This document shows, one piece after another, positions 1 through 14,187 of a DNA stretch of 64,000 bases; the first letter of the stretch is position 1; each line of letters starts with the position of its first letter. The notes under the pieces are model-generated. The model saw only the letters and a program-made list of their open reading frames with translations, ran no database searches and was not told the DNA's origin. The translations under genes and the position numbers were made by a program. This DNA is from Mytilus trossulus (taxonomy: Eukaryota): NCBI RefSeq assembly GCF_036588685.1, contig NC_086382.1, forward strand, positions 77,996,001-78,060,000. Direction: 5' to 3'.

Positions 1-269
1 GTGATGGGAAGATTTTAATAACCAGTGGTGTCAGTAAGTTTTGAAGACGCAGGCTGAAATTCTAAAATAGGCGGCTATCCAATGCGGACGGCGCATCCGT
101 TTGCGCCGACGAGCTTGCTTGTCGTGCTTACTGCCGGGTGTCTGGGGCCCGCTCAAGGTCCCCAATTTTTTTTTTTGAAAATGGTGCAAAATCCTGCATT
201 CTTGGGGTCTCCTAGACCCTTATTCAGACCCCTGAAAACATCACTTTTTAATGTAAAGGATTCATAATA

Positions 270-1841
270 ATTAAAAGGCTGGTGGTTTAATTTTATGTAA
301 ATTTGATAATTGAAATTCGTATTTGATCCAAACATAGAACTGCTGTTATGTTGGCAACTTGCATGATTAACTAAACTAAGAGGTGTTATCTGATTCTGAA
401 ATTGCACTAAGAGTTTGTACAACAGGAACTAGTTCCCCCCAGACAGCTTCAATTGAAGCATCAAAGCTATATATGCCAACGGGTTTTACAGGCTTTTTTC
501 AAAATTTTACAGCATTTTTTTTCTCAATAGAAGTGTTATTTATAAGGTTACGATAATTCTGCAAATGTTTCAAAAAAAAATGCAATTTTTTTTTGTGAAT
601 AGTGGAACAACTTTCAAAATTGTAACACGATTTGTTCCACATTGCCTATTGATTTAAGTTTAATATTGGTATCAGTCAAGCTAAAGCTAGTCTGTGGCAT
701 ATGCAATGAACTGCAATTAGAGAGGAGTTCTTTTTTTCCAATTTTGAGGCCAGTCCTTTTTACCCACCATTACAGAAGCCCCATCAGAACACAAAACAGA
801 CATCTTTTAACATTCATTTGTAAGTCCTTCAGTTTCATGCAAAGCACATCAACTAGTGTTTGTGAATTGGCAGAATCAGAATTTCAAATAAATTACAAAT
901 AAATAAAAAATCAGTGTTTACTTCATGAGAATCAGGTCAACATTTGGTACATAGAAAATCATTTGTTCCATTGGCGCAACATCAGACATATCATCAATGA
1001 GTAAACCGTTGCTAGTTTTTCAAGTAAGTTACTTTGTACTGTGTCAGATGATTTCAATAATATGTCTCGACGAGATTGTACAGATCTATGAGTAAAATAT
1101 TTCAGATCATTCAATCCAATATGCTCAATAAATTAAAAAAAAATGAACAATTTTGCAATTTGCTATTGATTCCTTTGCAAGAAAGAAGAAGTAACAAAAA
1201 TATTGATAAAAGGATTTCCTGATCATTGCTGATTGACAGATTCCTTATGTTCAATTTCCTTTTGAAAGACATATACTCTATTGAGAACTTCAGAAGATTT
1301 GGCGTCCTGATGTTTTTGACATTTTATATGATCATATAAAGTTGCCATTCTAAAACGTTTACTTGCTTCTTGTGAAAACACACTGGATTTATTTCTAGGA
1401 TTTTTCATATCATGTTTTTTTTACACAGAATACAGTATAAACCATCACCTTCAATAAAAGTGAAATTCCAAAGCCTAGTTGTTTCACAATATGATAGGTT
1501 ATTGCTATTTATCCAGGAATTATCATTTTTTTCTTTAAGTGTTGATTGTCTTCTATTTTTCCAATAGCTAAAAGAAGAACATCCACGGGAGTTGCACAAT
1601 GAATAATTGTGAATTTTAGTTCTGTTAGTAATTTGTGAGCCTCTGGCGATAAAGCATTTGAAGACAAATTTAAACTTGAAACATTATCACGAGCTGACAA
1701 TAACTTGCATGTACTCTGTCCAGTGGTACTGTTTGTCACATTAACAACATTTACATTATGTAATTCTTCTGTTACATCAGTTGATTGATCTACAAGAAAA
1801 GTTGAATTATCACAATTTAAGCCCGAATATCTTTTTATCAC
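270..1841 (-). pseudogene. Degenerate hAT-superfamily transposase (ZNF862/C17orf113-like)
   Basis: Manual minus-strand translation gives, in order, LYCILCKK...HIKCQKHQDA (N-terminal zinc finger), LLIDDMSD, SDGASVMVGKRTG, AVHCICHRLALA (hAT CxxH motif) and KACKTRW. Many stops and frameshifts. Confidence 0.75.
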
Positions 1842-3078
1842 ATTCTAAAACAAGACCTTGTAAATTTTCATTATTGAAGGAGTTTAAATGGCTTACATGG
1901 ATATGTACTGTACATTGTCATTCAATTTATATTAAATCTTGCTGTGAAAAATCAAAGAAGCAAATTCTAACCATGTTAGGGACGCAATCAAAAGATCGAT
2001 GTACGATAAAAAAAAAACTTAAATCAAATAGTATGGAGGTGGGGGAGGGGGATGTTAATATTCTTCAAGTTTTGTATACCTAAAATCGATTTGTACATAC
2101 ATCCCTATTGGTAAATCAATTTTCCCCAAATTAAATTAAGAGGGGCTGCGGGGGTCAGTGAAAAAACTATGTGAATTAAGTTTTTTTTTATCCTACATTG
2201 AACTTTTGATGTCGTCCCTTATGATATCATGACTGATATATATATACAAATTATTTAGAAGCACTCTTCCTAGCTGAACTATAAAGGCACTTTTAATTGG
2301 TAAAGTAGTTAACCCTAGATAAAAGAAATAACAGCAAGAAAAAAGACACCAGAAACTACATTTATTAAGCCATTACAGGTGCCATTTAAATAATAAATCA
2401 TAGAACTGTCATTGACTTAAATCATACAATCTGTCTTTGCAAACTGAAATTTGTCATAAATTATGTCAAGATAAAGGGAGCTAACAATTGATGTTTAGGG
2501 TGAGGGGTATTTCAAACAATATTGGGATAAAAACGTCTGGACATAAATCCCTGGGACTCTTTAAAAATCAAACGGTACCTCCCCAAGTTAATGCTATCAG
2601 AACACAAGATTAACCCTTGATAAAACAATGACTCTTGATAAGTATATACAAGGCATGTTTTTTTTGGAAAAGGTGGGCTACATCCAGTTAAATCCAGGCT
2701 GCTGTCACATTATTTGGATGTAATATACAAGTTTGGGTACCGCAGTCGCCTGTATATTTAATGAGTCAGTTTCAACCCGACCAAATTGTTTTAACTCATC
2801 CAAATGTAGATATAATCTAAGCAGGTGCACATTTCAACCCTTTAAAAAACCAACACATTTGCCTATGTCTACAGCAACCACACCTCAACAAATTAATATT
2901 CATAACCAAAAGTACCAACCAAAAACTTGAAAAGAAAGTGTACCTTTAAAAAATCAGCTTCAAATAATACGTTTATTCTCGTGCATGTTCACACTATACA
3001 CTTCATAAACTGGAGTGTACTCCTAACGCAGAAACTGCCCCTACAAAATTATGAGGAGGACGGATTAAAAATGATACT

Positions 3079-3380
3079 CCGTAAAGGACAAGGTACGATT
3101 AGGCCGGTTTTTTGTCCCCGATATTTTCTCATTTTTCAAAATTCTGTTTTTGTAAGCTACTTTTTATGTTAAAATATTCCCTAATGCTTGAAGTTTGTTA
3201 AGATAAACTTCAAAACCACCTATTTTAACAACTGGATGGGATGAGGGGGTGAACTTTCTGTAATATTTCAAATAGTATGTTCATTATTCAATTTTCATGT
3301 GTTGTGTACAACAAATTATTAGTTTTTAAGTGCCTGCGCAGACGTGACCAATGGTCTTTCCGTACCTTGTCTTTATACGG
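3079..3380. mobile_element. Short MITE-like element
   Basis: Imperfect terminal inverted repeats: ccgtaaaggacaaggtacg at 3079 and cgtaccttgtctttatacgg at 3361-3380; non-coding interior. Confidence 0.4.
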
Positions 3381-3744
3381 ACATCATCAAAAATAGGTTG
3401 ATCCATACGATTCATCTTTGTCCAAACTAACTAGGGACATTTTTACCACGTGTTAGATTGTGGTTTGTCATTACGTCGTCTGATCTTTTTATTACAGAAC
3501 TTGACTTATTCTGGAATGAGACTGTTTTGTTGAGTGTGAATTCGTACTGCTTTAAGACGTTGCACGGTACCTTTTCATCCCAAATAATTTGTTGGGTTTC
3601 GTGTTGTGTTTGCTGTTGTCATTGGATTTTGTCAAATATCTCAACGTTGCATTGACTATGACTAACAGGGCTGTGATTTTGTCATGTATTCGTTTTTATT
3701 CTATAGCTAGTCACCACTTAAGTTTAATCATGTATTTCTATTAA

Positions 3745-4324
3745 GGTGGCATGGGTGTCTTCCTCCATCTTTGATGTCAAAAACAGTGAACCAAAGGTCC
3801 AGATTTTCTATCAAGTTAGCAAAATGTGATGCAGAAATGCAGATATTTAATATGAATTTTCATTTAAAAGAACCAATTTATGAAAATATAAATTATAAAT
3901 ATTAATATTTTTAGAAATGTTGATTATTTTTGTTTATTTTTTATTTATTTTTTTAAATTGCCATTTTAAGGGGAGGTTACTCTAAAATAGTGCATTTTCT
4001 GAAGGATTCTACATGGAATTTTCCTAATTTGTATTTTAGCCGGAAAAACTCACGGTGACCCTATCTTTTCTTTTGAAATTCTTAAAGCTATCTTTTCCTT
4101 AAGCATTTATCAATTCTATCATTTTGTTTAGATTCTACCCACAAAAAGGTGTATTTTCCTGTATAATCCTTACAAAATGTTTCTTTTTGTCGCGTCCTGT
4201 AGCTTGAGAAAATGCGCTGTGAACTATCATTTTTATTATATATTTCAACATATATCAATAAATACTACGTTTTGGCAAAGTATGAACAAATTCTATCATT
4301 TTTATTTTAGATTCCCATACCACC
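3745..4324. mobile_element. Non-autonomous DNA transposon with TTAA target duplication (Kolobok-like termini)
   Basis: TTAA|ggtggcatgggtgtct ... agattcccataccacc|TTAA: about 16-bp imperfect TIR, GG...CC ends, TTAA at 3741-3744 and 4325-4328. Confidence 0.7.
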
Positions 4325-4699
4325 TTAAATAGTCATTTTATAAAAAAATATATTTTTTGAACGTTTGGTCCTCGACGATCAACTTTGTAGTTGTTAAGGC
4401 TTTCAAACTTTTTACATCTAAGCATAGTTTTGTGTGGACGTAGCGCGCGTCTGGCGTATACAAATATTTTTTAATCTGTCACCTTTTGCATTTTTTTATG
4501 GCTATTATTCGTTTGTTTCTCTGTCCTATTTTTCTCCCATTTATCTGTTTATTTATTGTAACCCTGTCGTGTAATGTTGATACTTTAATGTTATAATTAA
4601 CACTGCCATTAAAGGGTGAGGTTTGGCATGCCACAAAACTAGGTTCAACCAACCATTTTGTCATGAAATGTCCTGTACCAAGTCAGGAAAATGGAAATT

Positions 4700-4871
4700 G
4701 TTACATTATAGGTCGTATCTGTGCGTGTTACATTTCGGTGTTGAGTCTCTGTTGTGTCGTAGTTCTCTTATATTTGATACGTTTCCCTCAGTTTTAGTTT
4801 GTAACCCGGATTTGTTTTTTCTCTACCGATTTTTGAATTTTGAACAGCGGTATACTTCTGTTGTCTTTATT
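4700..4871 (-). repeat. Interspersed repeat, copy 1 (taaaggcaacagtagtataccgctgttc family)
   Basis: Reverse complement matches the copies at 18325-18543 and 45226-45520. Confidence 0.65.
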
Positions 4872-5117
4872 TCTGTGACATTTCCTTTTCATGACATTGT
4901 TTGTTGGCTGAGGCAAAATGTTATACTATCTGTGGTAACTCTACTGATAACATTTGTAGTTGCACAGAGGAAGACCAACCGATACCGTACGTAAGAAATT
5001 GACATTCGACCAGAACATTCTACATATTACACTTAATACAGACAATGCAAGGACTGTACCGATAATCTCATCTTCACTTTTGCAAGTTAAAAGATCCGTA
5101 GTTGAGGTAAAGAGGAC

Positions 5118-5181
5118 ATTATGAAGACGAAACGCGCGTCTGGCGTATAAAATTATAAACCTGGTACTTTTGATAACTATT
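5118..5181 (+). ncRNA. 3' remnant of a hammerhead-ribozyme retrozyme-like repeat (more degenerate copy at about 4400-4470)
   Basis: gacGAAACgcgcGTCtggcgtataaaattataa resembles the 3' half of a type I hammerhead (GAAA, stem III, GUC). The CUGAUGA half is missing. Confidence 0.45.
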
Positions 5182-6869
5182 AGTGGCAGTAACGATGATG
5201 TGCTAGCAGACAATCTACGTTGCATTGCGAAACTAAATGCATCGAATGAAGAGATAAAAAGGTTAATGAATAAAACATTGATACCGCCGGACCATTCTTT
5301 GGATAAAACATTGATATCGCCGGACAATTCTGTGAATAAAACATTCGAATCTCAAGACAAAAAATATTTGGAACTGCCGGACAATTTAAAAAAAAAATGG
5401 AACTCTAGGAAATTATTCGAATAACACATTGGATACCAAGTTCGTCATAGCTATTGGTGGTAATTTGAAAATGTTATGATCTGCTGTATTAATTTTATTT
5501 TCATAGTATAACATGTATAATTCATTATTATGTAACATATTTTTTATTACTAGTAAAACATTTCTATAGGGCTCCGTCCGGTATTTTCATTTATTGGAAC
5601 GGTATCTATAATATTTATATTCACCGCCCGGTACCCCATCTTTGGAACCGTCGAGGTACCGTCCCCATCTTTGTGACTGTCAGGCTTTCGCCCGGTAGAT
5701 CAGCTTTCGAGCCGTCAGGGTACGGCCTGGTATCTTAAGAACCGCCAGATACCCCGTCTTTGGAACCGTCGGGGTACCGCTTGTAATTATGTATATACGG
5801 GGATGCGAGAGAGATCAGAGTGTGGAGATTGTTAGTTTTAAACATTTTTGAAATGATATTGTGTTAGTGAATAAGGATTATTGTTCAGCTGATTTATTAT
5901 GTTGAACTGATAACGTATATTTGACAGATTGCATAGTGATATGAATTGACTTTTGTTGTGGTTTGTTTTCTTTTTGCCATTTAAACATAGAGTTTACGTT
6001 ATTTACGCTACCTCAAAATAACACATTGACAAACAAGAATCCATAAAAAAAAACGACCACGCTACCTACAAATAACGCAAATCACATGCAGTTTTAAAGT
6101 GTCATGGAATTAGTTTTCAGAATATTTAAAAAAAACTTTAACTCCGTCATAATATAAGATTTTTAGACATGTTAGATGGCATAATATTATTATGCATTAA
6201 GAATAATTTTCTGAAAGAAGGGAGGTAACTATAATAATTAACTTGATACAACTCTGAAAATGGATTGTATTTTGATTTTTGACACAGAACGAAGAACTTA
6301 AAAATGTACTCATTATACATGTTACAGAATAATAACCAAAATCTAGATACAAAGTTGGATTTAACATGATTATTAAAGAACAACCAAAGATTCTATTTTA
6401 TGAAATCGAACAAAGTTTAATTGTGTACCCATTGAACATTTATAATATGCTCCTTATCTCAAATTTTGTTAATGATGAGTTTAGAGCTAGAGATTGTTTT
6501 AACGTACTAACTTGAACAACCAGAGAAACACCGTGAATGTTGGTAACACAATGCAGAACTTGGTAGCAGAGTCATCGTTTTTGATTCTATGGATATCACT
6601 TTTCCTCTTTGATTTATCAGCAAGCTGGCCTTTTGATCCTTAATTCTATTCTCGGGAGTCGATTTTCCACTAGCACGGGATCAGGTCAAATTAAAAACCT
6701 TAAAAAAAATGAATGAAACACGAATGACTATTGGAGAAAGTAATAAGACGGTACAATCACATGGGATTTATATGCCTTACAAAATTTTAATTTGGTTTTT
6801 CTATGATTTTCTTTAATTATCAATTTATCAAATTATGAAACTTTAACATCACTTCAGTTTGCTTTATCG

Positions 6870-8330
6870 GCTGTTATATAACCGGCTGCCTTTGCTACAC
6901 ACTAACAAATATCTTACATTGACCGTTTTACCCTGGGCGGCCAGCACCTTGGCCCGGACCTTCAAGTACTTTACCAGCATGTCGTACACATAAGGTTCCA
7001 GTCCAATCTAGGCCGTATACTTCACGCTGGTTTTGTGCTCCGCCACCCGCACGACACGCCGTCTCAGGTTATGAAGCCTGCAGCTCGGTCACCTTCATGT
7101 TGACAATGACACCAGGTCGATGGCCATGTTTCAAGCAGACATACGCTATAAAAAAAGAATTAACAAAATTTAATTTAATAAAGTTGACAGCCTGCTCGGT
7201 CAACAGAGCATCAAGGTATAGTAAGGTGTTGGGTTTACCCTTTCTCAGGCCTTCGGTGAGCTGGTAGGGGTTGGTGGTGCATGTCCGTTCTGGGTCGGAA
7301 GCCTTCCTCTCCTGGACATCTACCCTATCTCGGCTGCTGGCCCCCGCCGTAGCATCTTTCGACGTCTTCAGAAGAGCTCGACACTTGTTTGCCGGCACTA
7401 GCTGCCTGCAATCGAGAAACTAAATGAAATGAGTTCACGACTGCATATACACTCGGATAATGGCATGTGCCAGCAGCAGGCTCTCCAAATAAATACTTAC
7501 GTCCTCGATGGCCTTACACGTCAGCAGAGACCAGTCTAACGTAGGCACAGCCTTGCCTGCATTCTGGTTAATCCACCACAGGACGATCTTGATTCTGGTC
7601 AACTCATCCTTTACCTGAGATTCACCCTTATTCTTGATGTCTGTGTGGTAGGACGTGTACTCGTCAAATATCGGAAAGAGCGTGTGGTCATAGTAGGGCT
7701 GGACATCATAAAGCCCAGCCTTTGAACAGGACTTCTTGACGGAATCGTTCTGGTCGTTCCGACTGGGTGGATCTGCAGCTGACGCAGCTGCAATAGCTAA
7801 AGGATAGACGGGAATTATCTTACCCATATTGATGAATAAACGTATGGGTAAGATCATTCCCCATACGTTTATTCATCACCCTGTCCCGCTTGGTGAACTG
7901 TCTAGATGCTACCCGTTTAGACAGGATGGCGTTATCAGCTGGCAATTTGGAGGGACTTCTTTGAACAGTACATGGTAGACAATCGACATCACGATCTGTA
8001 TCATTGAGAGAGTCCCCCTCTTTCACGACTTGAGCCTTGACCTTGGTACGCTTCGGTCGTAGCTCCGCACGCAGAGGAGATGTACCATTGCCATAATCAG
8101 ACGTCTACGGTACTTATCGGGGGTCACACGCTTGTTCGGCGCAGCACCCTTCTTCCTGCTAGACTCGGCTTGGCTGTCACACAACTGGAACAGGAATTCT
8201 AGGCCGGTAGCCACAGGACACGTATCTTGACGCAATGGTGCCTCTACGGAAACAATATGAGCAGCAGAGGCAGAGGATGCAGGAATAGCAGGGGCCGACG
8301 ACTAGACACACCAGCAGAAGGGGTAGGTGG
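6870..8330 (-). pseudogene. Degenerate tyrosine recombinase gene fragment (YR3)
   Basis: GC-richer patch. ORFs 7435-7857 and 7069-7398 plus manual extension give HGHRPGVIVNMKVTE (catalytic Arg box) and RVVRVAEHKTSVKY (catalytic Lys loop). Truncated before the HxxR and Tyr boxes. Confidence 0.65.
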
Positions 8331-8399
8331 ACGCACAAAAAACAGGACAAGTCTCAGGACATAAAGTCACAAATTTGGTCAAACAAAAATTCACAAATA

Positions 8400-11300
8400 A
8401 TTTGTTGACAATTGCTTCAATATATAAGAGAGACAATTGTTTCATTATAAGCCATGGGAAGATAGAGAACTAGCTGATGTAAAGAAAACTGTATCAAATC
8501 TAGCCAAATTATTACGAATAAATCCTTATAACCTCAATTTAAGAAATAATTTCCTAGGTCACTGTAAACTGTGTAAAAAATTAATAAAAAGAAAGAAAAA
8601 TCAATTTAAAAAAGGAAATATTTAGTCAGCTTTCAGCCCTTAGAGATACAGACCCTAAACAATATTGGAAATTATTAAATTCATTAAAATATGAGAACAC
8701 TAATAAAAAAATTAAGCTTCAAGCTGGTTTTCCAGAAATTAGTGATCATTTTAAGCATCAAGGAGAGTATGCAAACTATGATAAAGAATTTAAAACTAAA
8801 ATTGAAACCGATATATTAAATGAAACTGATGCACTTTTATTCAATGAGGTAACTGATAAACCTTTTACTATCAATGAAGTAAATAAATGTATACAAAAAT
8901 TAAAAACTGGGAAAAGCTCTGGTCCAGACCAAATTTGTAATGAAATTATTAAATATAGTGGTGTTGTTACTTGTAAAGCTATTACTAAGCTTTTTAATTA
9001 AATTCTTGATTCTGGTAAATATCCATCAAACTGGAGAAAATCTTTTACCATACTTATTCATTAAGCTGGAGACAAGCTAGATATTAATAACTATAGGGGA
9101 ATTTCCCTTCAAAATTGTATTGCTAAACTTTTCAGTGCTGGTATAAATTCTAGAGTTGTAACTTACTATGAAGACAAGTTTTCAGTTCATCAATTTGGAT
9201 TTAGAAATAATCATAGGACAGCAGATAGTATTTTTATTCTAAAAACTTTAATGATAAAATATTTGACAACTAGAGGCTCTAAAGAGCCTGTGTCGCTCAC
9301 CTTGGTCTATGTGCATATTAAAGGACACAAATGGATTCATGACAAAATTGTATTTTGGTGATGGTGATGTGTTGGAAGTTCTTACTTTTCTGAACGTTCT
9401 TGCTTCTTACAATTATATCTATAATGAACCTTGCCCATTAGTAACAGAGAAAAATATTTGGTAAAAATTTACATAAATTTACCGAATTAATGAAAATTGT
9501 TAAAAATTGACTATAAAGGGCAATAACTCCTTAAGGGGTCAATTGACCATTTAGGTCATGTTGACTTATTTGTAGATCTTACTTTGCTGAACATTATTGC
9601 TGTTTACAGTTTATCTCTATCTATAATAGTATTCAAGATAATAACCAAAAACTGCAAAATTTCTTTAAAAATTACCAATTGGAGGGCAGCAAGCCAACAA
9701 CCGATTGTCCAATTCATCTGAAAATTTCAGGGCAGATAGATATTGACCTGATAAACATTTTTATCCCATGTCAAATTTCCTCAAAATGCTTTGGTTTTTG
9801 AGTTATAAGCCAAAAACTGCATTTTACCACTATGTTCTATTTTTAGCCATGGCAGCCATCTTGGTTGGTTGACCGGGTCACGCCACACAATTTTTAAACT
9901 AGATACCCCAAAGATGATTGTGGCCAAGTTTGGATTAATTTGGCTCAGTAGTTTCAGAGGAGAAGATTTTTGTAAAAGATTACTTAGATTTATAAAAATG
10001 GTTAAAAATTGACTATAAAGGGCAATAACTCCTAAAGGGGTCAACTGACCATTTCGGTCATGTTGACTTATTTGTAAATCTAACTTTGCTGAACATTATT
10101 ACTGTTTACAGTTTATCTCTATCTATAATAATATTCAAGATAATAACCAAAAACAGCAAAATTTCCTCAAAATTACCAATTCAGGGGCAGCAACCCAACA
10201 ACAGGTTAACCGATTCATCTGAAAATTTCAGGGCAGATAGATCTTGACCTGATAAACATTTTTACCCCATGTCAGATTTCCTCTAAATGCTTTGGTTTTT
10301 GAGTTATAAGCCAAAAACTGCATTTTACCCCTATGTTCTATTTTTAGCCGTGGCGGCCATCTTGGTTGGATGACCGGGTCACGCCACACATTTTTTAAAC
10401 TAGATACCCCAATGATGATTGTGGCCAAGTTTGGTTTGGTTTGGCCCAGTAGTTTCAGAGGAGAAGATTTTTGTAAAAGTTAACGACGACGGACGACGAC
10501 GGACGACGACAGACGACGACAGACGACGGACGACGGACGACGGACGCAAAGTGATGGGAAAAGCTCACTTGGCCCTTCGGGCCAGGTGAGCTAAAAAAGA
10601 AGAATAAAATTTACTCTTGCTTTGTTGATTTGCGTCGTGCTTTTGACACTGTTGGGCATGCGGGTCTCTTATACAAATTAAAGAAGGATGATGTTGGAAA
10701 GAAAATATTTGAAGTAATTAAAGATATGTAGAAGTGTTGTGAATCTTCAGTTAAAATAGATAATAAACAATCTGAATTTTTTGAAATAGATAAAGGGGTC
10801 AAACAAGGGGACAGTTTGAGCCCCACTTTGTTTAATTGTTTTATTAATGATCTCCATTCAATTTTTGATGGGACATGTGATCCTATGTCCTTAGATAAAA
10901 CATCAATAAGTAGTCTTAGTTTTGCTGATTATCTTTTAATATTATCAGAATCACAAAACGGTTTACAATCTGCTTTGAATAAACTGGAAAAATATTGCTA
11001 CAAATGGCAGCTGACTGTAAATACAAATAAAACAAAAGTTATGATTTTTCATTCTAGAAATTCTTTTGAGTCAAATTTTGTTTATAAACAAAATCAGTTA
11101 ACTGAAGTTAAAGAGTATAATTTTCTTGGGAACATTATTGATAATAAAGGAAAATTTAAGAGATCTACACATGAACTATCCAAAAAAGCGCTTAAAGCGT
11201 TATTTTCACTAAAAAAAATAAATGTCTAATTTTCATCATGTCCCTGTTGATTTATCATGTAAATTATTTGATTCACTTATTAAACCCATAATTTTATATA

Positions 11301-12200
11301 ATAGCGAGATCTGGTTTATGGAAGATTATTACTCAATTTATAGAGCCATAAATAGAGCCACTTTGCATGGAACTAACTGTGATATTTTATCATTGACAGA
11401 TAGATTCAGCTTTGAGAAAGTGCATCATAAGTTTTGTAAAACTGTTCTTGGAATTAAAAAAAACTCATGTAATATAGCTGCAAAGTCTGAGTTAGGACGA
11501 TTTCCACTTGACTCTTTTATTAAAACTCAAGTTTTATTATATTTTTGTAGAATAAACTGCCATGAAATAAACCCTCTTGTTAAAGAAGCTTTTGCAGTAA
11601 ATAAGTCTATGTCTGAAGATGGAATATATACTTGGTACACTTTTGCCAAGCATATTTTTAAAGAATTTAATATTGATGAAGAACAATATGTTGATTCTGA
11701 TAAACCTTTTAAACTTATAAAAAATTCACTCAAAAAAACTTTTAAATGTGTAGTGAAGGAAAAGTGTAATAACATCACTCTTCAAAAACTTTCAAATATT
11801 GATAACAGTTCAAAACTTTATCTTTATAGTAAACTTAAAAATGAAATGAAATTTGAGGACTACCTGCACAATCTAACCAATTTTAATAGTCGTCAGCTTT
11901 TAACAAAATTACGTGTAAGTGATCATAATTTGGAAATTGAATTAGGACGTTGTAAAAAAATTCAAAGAGAACACAGACTGTGCAAAGTTTGTAAAATTTT
12001 AGATGATGAGGAACACTTTTTCCTTCATTGCCAAATTAACAGTAATGTCAGACATTCCCTTATAAATGCAATTAAACCCATTATCCTAATTTTAACCAGC
12101 TTGACTCAAACTCTAAACTTAAAACTATTCTAGATCCCAATAAAGATATTTTGTCTAGTGTTGTAGACTATATAAAGCAATCTATGGAATTGCGAAAATA
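8400..12200 (+). mobile_element. CR1-group non-LTR retrotransposon, 5'-truncated ORF2 (RT), disrupted
   Basis: Motifs GKSSGPD, NNYRGISL, QFGFR, CFVDLRRAFD, KGVKQGDSLSPTLFN, FADY (FADD equivalent), ELGRFPL and C-terminal CKVCKILDDEEHFFLHC. Several stops; split by the insertion at 9269-10594. Confidence 0.9.
9269..10594 (-). mobile_element. Helentron-associated non-autonomous element (HINE/DINE-1-like) inserted in the LINE RT
   Basis: Ends actagaggctctaaagagcctgtgtcgctcacc and gctcacttggcccttcgggccaggtgagctaaaa show hairpins and a short subterminal IR (gctcacc/ggtgagc). Also a (gac/ggac)n microsatellite at 10483-10546 and two internal units of about 500 bp. The LINE reads KYLT|KKKNKIYSCFVD once it is removed. 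Confidence 0.75.
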
Positions 12201-12634
12201 AGGTCCACATTGGTCAATTATTATATACATCTATATATAGATATATGTTATTAATATCAACTTCACTTTTTAAAAACATTTATCATGTATAGTTATGTTT
12301 CTTGTCACTTGTGTATACAATGTACTATGTTTGCATTTTAACCCGTCAGGGTTTCATGTTTTTTGCAATAAAGATTTTTATTATATAAAAGAAACATTTT
12401 GAAATATATACTTTTAAATACATATTTTAATAATAAGTATAGGAATTGTGTCCTTACACTTGAAACATCAAGAATTATTTAATTTTTATCATGCTAGAGA
12501 TATATTTCTTGACACTATGAAGCCACTTTGGCATTTTTCTTTTTAACAATTCTTTGATCATCTTTGATATTGTTTTGATCAATTTTGATGACAAAGTTGG
12601 TTTATATACAAAAGTCAAATGGAAATTTTTTTTA

Positions 12635-12772
12635 ACCTCGCAAATCGACTTTTTTAACTTACAACTCGACTTTCGTAACTCGCAACTTGCCATCGTTACT
12701 CGCAACTTGCCATTCGTAACTCGCAATTCAACTTTCTTAACTCGCAACCCGGCTTTCTCAACTCGCAATTCG
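12635..12772 (+). repeat. Degenerate tandem repeat with aactcgcaa core
   Basis: Recurring (a)actcgcaa motif at roughly 20-bp spacing. Confidence 0.55.
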
Positions 12773-14187
12773 ACGATAAAAAACACTCGTATATTATCCC
12801 ATTGACACTAGCAACGACAAATGTATTTACCTATGTGAAGCGCATTAAAGATTAATTGTGCAATTGAATTGCTTTATGATATTTAAGTGTCAATAGATTT
12901 GTTAAATATATCAATAAACATTTCTTTTAAAAATATATTTTATTTTGATTGGCTAATTATCTTAAAGACTGATCACCCCGTATAACCCCGATACAAATGA
13001 ATCCGGTTTTTGACGCGGTCGAAGCGATAATCAGGACAATATTTGGGATGACAACAATTTCGAATGCCTCTCTAGAACTTATTTGGGTATATATATATAT
13101 ATATAATAAATATGTCAACGTGCATGTTAGTTTATTTATTCAATTATACAGTTGTTGTAAGTTTTAGATATTGTATAAAACGTTTGATAAAACTGCTACA
13201 TGCAAAACGCACAGACATAGTGCAATTCCATATGGTTAATGATGTAAACAATGCTGAATATATCTGTTCGTGCATACACCTTTGCGTATTAATACCTGAA
13301 GCCATAATAAATAACTATACATTGAATAACTACGTGCCTTCAAATTTGCCCTAGAACTTAGAATAAACGCAATGTCATTCAAAATAATTTTTCTCTTACT
13401 GTATTGTTCGTTCCACCAAAAGAGTCGCGTTCGTTGTGAAATAATCACTGTACAGTTCGTTGACAAAAACCGTCACAAATCACTTTCTCTTTAAGGTTTT
13501 CGAGATGGTGTCGCCGACTGTTTTTTCTGTATTTTATTATAAATGTTTTTCGGTTAACTCAGTCAAAGTAGTTGAACTTAAAATATATGTCATACAAAGC
13601 CAAAATTGAAATATTTAACCAGCGTAAATCTGCTTTGAATGTTTCTATTGAAAATTGAGACTATTAATATTATTCCAAATGGAATTAACAGTTAATAAAT
13701 ATATTCCATAGGTAATAAAGTTTCAAAAAGTATAGTACAGTCATAAACACTTTAATGACTTCCTTTTCACAATTTGAGGCTCCTCCAAATGCCGATGTTG
13801 GTCCAAAATCGCCTAGACGAAAGCAGACATACATGCAGGAGCTCGTTGAACTTAATCTGCCGAATGCCATAGTTGTCATTCCAACTGCATTATTTTTTTT
13901 TACATATAAAGCTTTGTAGATGTTGTGTAATGGCCAGTGAGACGACTTTCCACCAAAGATGAAATGAAGTTAATATTGTAGTCCAATGTACAATAGTTAA
14001 CAATGAGGAAAACCTAGACCATACAGTCGGCTATGAAAGGCCCCGATATAAAAAAAAATATGTGAAAAATTAAAACGATAAAAATAATGTGCATATGTTA
14101 TAGTAATGTTAAGTGATGTTTTGATTAAAATGTCAAACAAAACTTTCAACATTGTGGCAATTTTTTTTTTTTATTGATGAAAGAATT

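Noticed and set aside
9781-10428. ORFs 9781-10044 and 10228-10428
   Set aside because: Chance ORFs inside the tandem units of the HINE-like insertion.
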